Assembly: GCA_030390025.1 (NCBI GenBank)
Contig: CM059432.1
Coordinates: 151,096,001-151,160,000 of the forward strand
DNA length: 64,000 bases
Direction of reading: 5' to 3'
Origin: Squalus acanthias
Lineage: Eukaryota
Below are positions 59,044 to 64,000 of this stretch, piece after piece; positions within the stretch are counted from its first letter, which is position 1; each line of letters starts with the position of its first letter. A program made the position numbers and the translations under genes. A model generated the notes under the pieces. That model searched no databases and had not been told where the DNA came from. It worked only from the letters and a program-made list of their open reading frames with translations.

Positions 59044-61644
59044 ATGGCCCGAGAGCCAAGGGTGCAAGCAAGAGGATTTTCAGACGCTGCACTGGAAGCC
59101 TTGGTCCTGTCGTTGCAACGAAGGCGGGCTGTCCTGTACCTGGAGGGAGGCAAGAGGCCATCCAAGGCCATTTGCAGACGGCTGTGGGAGGAGATAGCTG
59201 ACTCCGTCACGGCCAGCACTGTGGTCCCAAGGACCTGGATCCAGTGCTGAAAAAAGTTTAATGACCTCACATGGCAGGTCAAGGTGAGTGAAGGCTTCAC
59301 CAAATGCCATATCCCACCATTTGCACCACAAGCCTCACACACTGCTCGATGCACCACACCCCCAGCACTCACCCACCAACAATCTCTACCTATCACCACT
59401 CGTACCTCACAATCACAGCTTCACTTCACCCTCACAACCGTATCACTGCTGCAACACTCACACCCACATCTCACACCTTGCTCACACTGACTGCTATTCA
59501 GCTATGGCAGGCACATCACCCAATCACATTGCACCACACTCACTGACACACATCACCCAAACACATTGCACCACACTCACTGACACACACATCACCCAAA
59601 CACATTGCACCACACTCACTGACACACATCACCCAAACACATTGCACCACACTCACTGACACACACATCACCCAAACACATTGCACCACACTCACTGACT
59701 CACACATCACCCAAACACATTGCACCACACTCACTGACACACATCACCCAAACACATTGCACCACACTCACTGACACACATCACCCAAACACATTGCACC
59801 ACACTCACTGACACACTTCACCCAAACACATTGCACCACACTCACTGACACACTTCACCCAAACACATTGCACCACACTCACTAACACACTTCACCCAAA
59901 CACATTGCACCACACTCACTGACACACACATCACCCAAACACATTGCACCACACTCACTGACACACACATCACCCAAACACATTGCACCACACTCACTGA
60001 CACACACATCACCCAAACACATAGCACCACACTCACTGACACACTTCACCCAAACACATTGCACCACACTCACTGACACACACTTCACCCAAACACATTG
60101 CACTACACTCACTGACACACACATCACCCAAACACATTGCACCACACTCACTGACACACATCACCCAAACACATTGCACCACACTCACTGACACACATCA
60201 CCCAAACACATTGCACCGCACTCACTGACACACATCACCCAAACACATTGCACCACACTCACTGACACACACTTCACCCAAACACATTGCACTACACTCA
60301 CTGACACACACATCACCCAAACTCATTGCACCACACTCACTGACTCACTTCACCCAAACACATTGCACCACACTCACTGACACACATCAACTTGCACCAC
60401 ACATGACACCCAAACACATTGCACCACACTCAGTGACTCACTTCACCCAAACACATTGCACCACACTCACTGACACACACATCACCCAAACACATTGCAC
60501 CACACTCACTGACACACACATCACCCAAACTCATTGCACCACACTCACTGACACACTTCACCCAAACACATTGCACCACACTCACTGACACACACATCAC
60601 CCAAACACATTGCACCACACTCACTGACACACATCACCCAAACACATTGCACCACACTCACTGACACACTTCACCCAAACACATTGCACCACACTCACTA
60701 ACACACACATCACCCAAACACATTGCACCACACTCACTGACACACATCACCCAAACACATTGCACCACACTCACTGACACACACTTCACCCAAACACATT
60801 GCACCACACTCACTGACACACATCACCCAAACACATTGCACCACACTCACTGACACACACATCACCCAAACTCATTGCACCACACTCACTGACACACTTC
60901 ACCCAAACACATTGCACCACACTCACTGACACACACTTCACCCAAACACATTGCACTACACTCACTGACACACTTCACCCAAACACATTGCACCACACTC
61001 ACTGACACACTTCACCCAAACACATTGCACCACACTCACTGACACACACATCACCCAAACACATTGCACCACACTCACTGACACACACATCACCCAAACT
61101 CATTGCACCACACTCACTGACACACTTCACCCAAACACATTGCACCACACTCACTGACACACACATCACCCAAACACATTGCACCACACTCACTGACACA
61201 CTTCACCCAAACACATTGCACCACACTCACTGACACACTTCACCCAAACACATTGCACCACACTCACTAACACACACATCACCCAAACACATTGCTCCAC
61301 ACTCACTGACACACATCACCCAAACACATTGCACCACACTCACTGACACACTTCACCCAAACACATTGCACCACACTCACTGACACACATCACCCAAACA
61401 CATTGCACCACACTCACTGACACACACATCACCCAAACACATTGCACCACATTCACTGACACACTTCCCTTTCTCTTGTAGGCAAAGGTGGCCCAGAACA
61501 GGAGGGACCAGCGGCAGACGGGGGGTAGCCAAGCCGTTATACAGAACCTCACTGACCTGGAGGAACTGGTGCTTGAAATTATTGGAGCGGCAGGGAGGGA
61601 ATCCATGGCCAGCGGAGAAGTTGAAGTCGTTGCTGATGATGACG
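59044..61644 (+). pseudogene. Harbinger Myb/SANT gene exon 1 (59044-59283) and exon 2 (61482-61644)
   Basis: MAREPR..FSDAALEALV..RR.VLY..WEEIADSV..RTWIQC*KKFNDL..VK|gtgagt; acceptor tttctcttgtag; AKVAQNRR..TGG..LTDLEELVLEIIG. Confidence 0.88.
59512..61464. repeat. 37/39-bp minisatellite CACATCACCCAAACACATTGCACCACACTCACTGACA(CA), about 52 copies, in Myb intron 1
   Basis: Direct periodicity; a single-copy homologue lies at about 26805-26845 in copy 1. Confidence 0.95.
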
Positions 61645-61721
61645 GTCTGGTCATACTCATCCTTCTTCTCACATCCCACTTCCCCCCTCATCCCACAATC
61701 TCTTCTTACTTACAAGCTGCT

Positions 61722-61868
61722 GACCCGAGGTGGGTAAGGCCTCCTGTTGAGAGCCCTCCTGGCCCTCCTACTCCTCCCTCTGTGCGCATCTTCTCCTCTT
61801 CTTCGCTGCCTCCACTCCCTCTCCCGAAGATACTCGAGCGCGAGGGGGACGGCCAGTAGAGCCCCCAT
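61722..61868 (-). pseudogene. Harbinger transposase first ~49 codons
   Basis: MGALLAVPLALEY..RRARRALNRRPYPPRV, homologous to 29102-29249. Confidence 0.8.
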
Positions 61869-63092
61869 GACTGTGAACAAGTGGTGTGAGCACAAGCCTT
61901 TAAATGAGAAGCAAGGCCTTCTCCACTTGCAGCATCACTCCCTGTCACCTCAGCAACTTTAACAAAGTTTAGAAAGCTGCAAGAGTTGCAGAAACTTTTA
62001 GACAGAGCCAGTCAAACTAAGGAACCATGCCAGTTGCAAGTAGTTGTTGATGATCCCTTTAAATATCGCAGCTGGAGGCTCCGTGCTGCTGCTGAACATT
62101 TGATCAGCTGGTCGTGATTAGGAGAGGGCGGTAAGTGGAGCGGTGACGTCGATAATGGCAGATCGTGCGTCCAATCGTGCGAAAATGGCGGCCGCCATGG
62201 GACCCGCCGGAAGCGGCTGGAAGCGAGTCGGCCGCCATTTCTTCATCAAAATGGGCCTTAACGGCCGGCGCTAACCCCCCGGATTTCTAGGCTGTTGACT
62301 TTTCTCTATGTGTTAGAAGCCGTCAGTGACGCGAGGTCTGATGAATAAACCAACATCAGGATTTCATGACTCATCAGGCAAGAAAGGTTCATTCTAAATG
62401 TTGTGATCCACCAACGCAGAGCAGATTCCCCAGTGATCAATGGCCATCCATTTTACTCTGTGTGGAAACCTAACCTCAACTGGCCGAGAGCTCAGTTAAC
62501 ACGCTTGAGATTTTCTACATAACTGCGAGTAAGGTTGGTGGGTTTGCTGGCAGCAAAATTCTACGTTTTGAAACGATTCCCCCTAAATGTCAGCTTCTGA
62601 GGAATTCTCTCATCAGTAAGTGGGTTTGCTGCAACATCCCAATTGTATCATTTCAGTAATCTTCCAGATATTGACGAAGCCAAACAGGTTAACTAATCTA
62701 ATCTCTCATCTGTGTTTAATACTATAATGTATTGGTTCGAAAACAGGCAGTCAGCAGCACTTATTCATGATGTCATCCATGAAAACTGTGCATTTGACGA
62801 GCTGACTGCCACAGTGAGAAGTGTAATCGGGTTTCTGTATACTGGGAATGTTACTGAATGCCCCGAATTCCTCTTGCTCTTTCATTGCCATTAGTATTTT
62901 TCTTATTGTGGATTGGAGCCTCAGATCTTCGTTGCCATTCCTTTAAGACAGCTGTAGGATTAGTTCTAAATGTATAGCAACAGCAGAAATCACATGACTG
63001 CAACTCAATCTGTCCTGCAGAAACCAATTGGAATATCTTGCACTCCAGCAACATGACGATTATATGTAGAAAAAATCAAAGGAAGAAAGAAT

Positions 63093-63656
63093 AGAAATAA
63101 AAACAGAAAATGCTGGAGATACTCAACAGGTCAGGCAGCATCTGTGGAGAGAGAAACAGAGTTAACGTTTCAGGTCGATGACCTTTCGTCAGAACTGGAG
63201 AAAAGCAGGAAATGGAACAGATTTTAAGCAAGTGTAGGGGCAGGGAAATGGCGGGGGGGGATGAAAGAACAAAAGGGAAGGTCTGTGATAGGATAGAAGG
63301 CAGGAGAGGTTAAGAGACATTAAGAGATATTCAAGGCAAAAGGAGATGGTAATGGGACAGGTTAAGAAACAAAGGATGGCTCTAGATGAAGTGTAAATTG
63401 CGCTGGCAGAATGAAGAACAGCTGCCATGTGGGAGAGAAGAACAGAACAAAAGTGTGGACAAAAAATATATATGTATGATAGGGGTCGAGGTTATGGTCT
63501 GAAATTGTTGAACTCTATGTTGAGTCCAGAAGGCTGTAAAGTGCCTAATCGAAAGATGAGGTGCTATTCCTCGAGCTTACGCTGAGCTTCACTGGAACAG
63601 TGTAGGAGGCCGAGGACGGAGAGGTCTGAGTGGGAGTGGAGTGGTGAATTAAAGTG
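63093..63656 (-). mobile_element. Penelope-like retroelement 3' part (GIY-YIG endonuclease C-terminus plus terminal repeat)
   Basis: 63656-63492 reads HFNSPLHSHSDLSVLGLLHCSSEAQRKLEE*HLIFRLGTLQPSGLNIEFNNFRP*, the HF..LE..I..L.TL.P.GLN signature. Confidence 0.88.
63160..63196 (-). ncRNA. Minimal type I hammerhead ribozyme motif
   Basis: AGUU-CUGACGA-A-AGGUC-AUC-GACCU-GAAACGUU-AACU: both core boxes, 5-bp stem II, 4-bp stem I, palindromic AACGUU in place of stem III. Confidence 0.75.
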
Positions 63657-64000
63657 AAGAATTAAAGAAAAAATAGAGCCTGGGCAGCAGGACGGCAGCT
63701 GAAGTGTTTACCCTCAGTCAGGTTCTCCACTGGACTGTACAGCCACGGGTCTCATTAAGAGTTCAGTCAGTTGTTAGCGGGACCATGGCCAGAGTGTCGC
63801 ATGGAGGCAGAAGGTGGACTGTCCCTCTCGCCCCACGTGTTGAGTGCCACCTACTGACCAATCTGGAAGTGCTACTGAGAGTGTTTCCCTCTATAACTCA
63901 AAGAATTATAATATTAATAATATTATTTTAATATTGCTTTTGTTAATTATTAATAATTTTCAAATCTTTTAGGCAGCAGCGTATTAAAAAAATAAAACAT

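Larger units (their letters stand above)
58748..62293. mobile_element. PIF/Harbinger transposon copy 2, both ends present, internally deleted
   Basis: Imperfect TIRs ggcctggaaattgg and ccggatttctaggct; collinear with copy 1 except for a deletion at 61720/61721. Confidence 0.88.

Noticed and set aside
62370..62400. Second hammerhead (minus strand CUGAUGA-GUCAU-GAAA)
   Set aside because: No credible stem II, stem III or stem I.

Overview
Vertebrate, repeat-dominated non-coding DNA, most likely from a cartilaginous fish (inferred from the repeat families: CR1 LINEs, Deu-domain and AmnSINE2-like tRNA SINEs, Penelope-like elements, Harbinger transposons). No host protein-coding exon could be supported. 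The window holds: (i) several CR1 copies, two with nearly intact ORF2; (ii) two complementary, decayed copies of one Harbinger transposon with a spliced Myb/SANT gene and a convergent transposase; (iii) many MITEs and SINE/LINE fragments; (iv) a 500-N scaffold gap; and (v) a ~26 kb array of a 33-bp satellite. The array lies inside one Deu-SINE copy, and its monomer is a hairpin segment of that SINE. Other notable items are a minimal hammerhead ribozyme in a Penelope-like terminus, a 37/39-bp minisatellite amplified from the branch-point region of the Harbinger Myb intron, and a ~216-bp imperfect palindrome. The very long ORFs in the ORF track are repeat artefacts. All family names come from motif recognition, not database searches.
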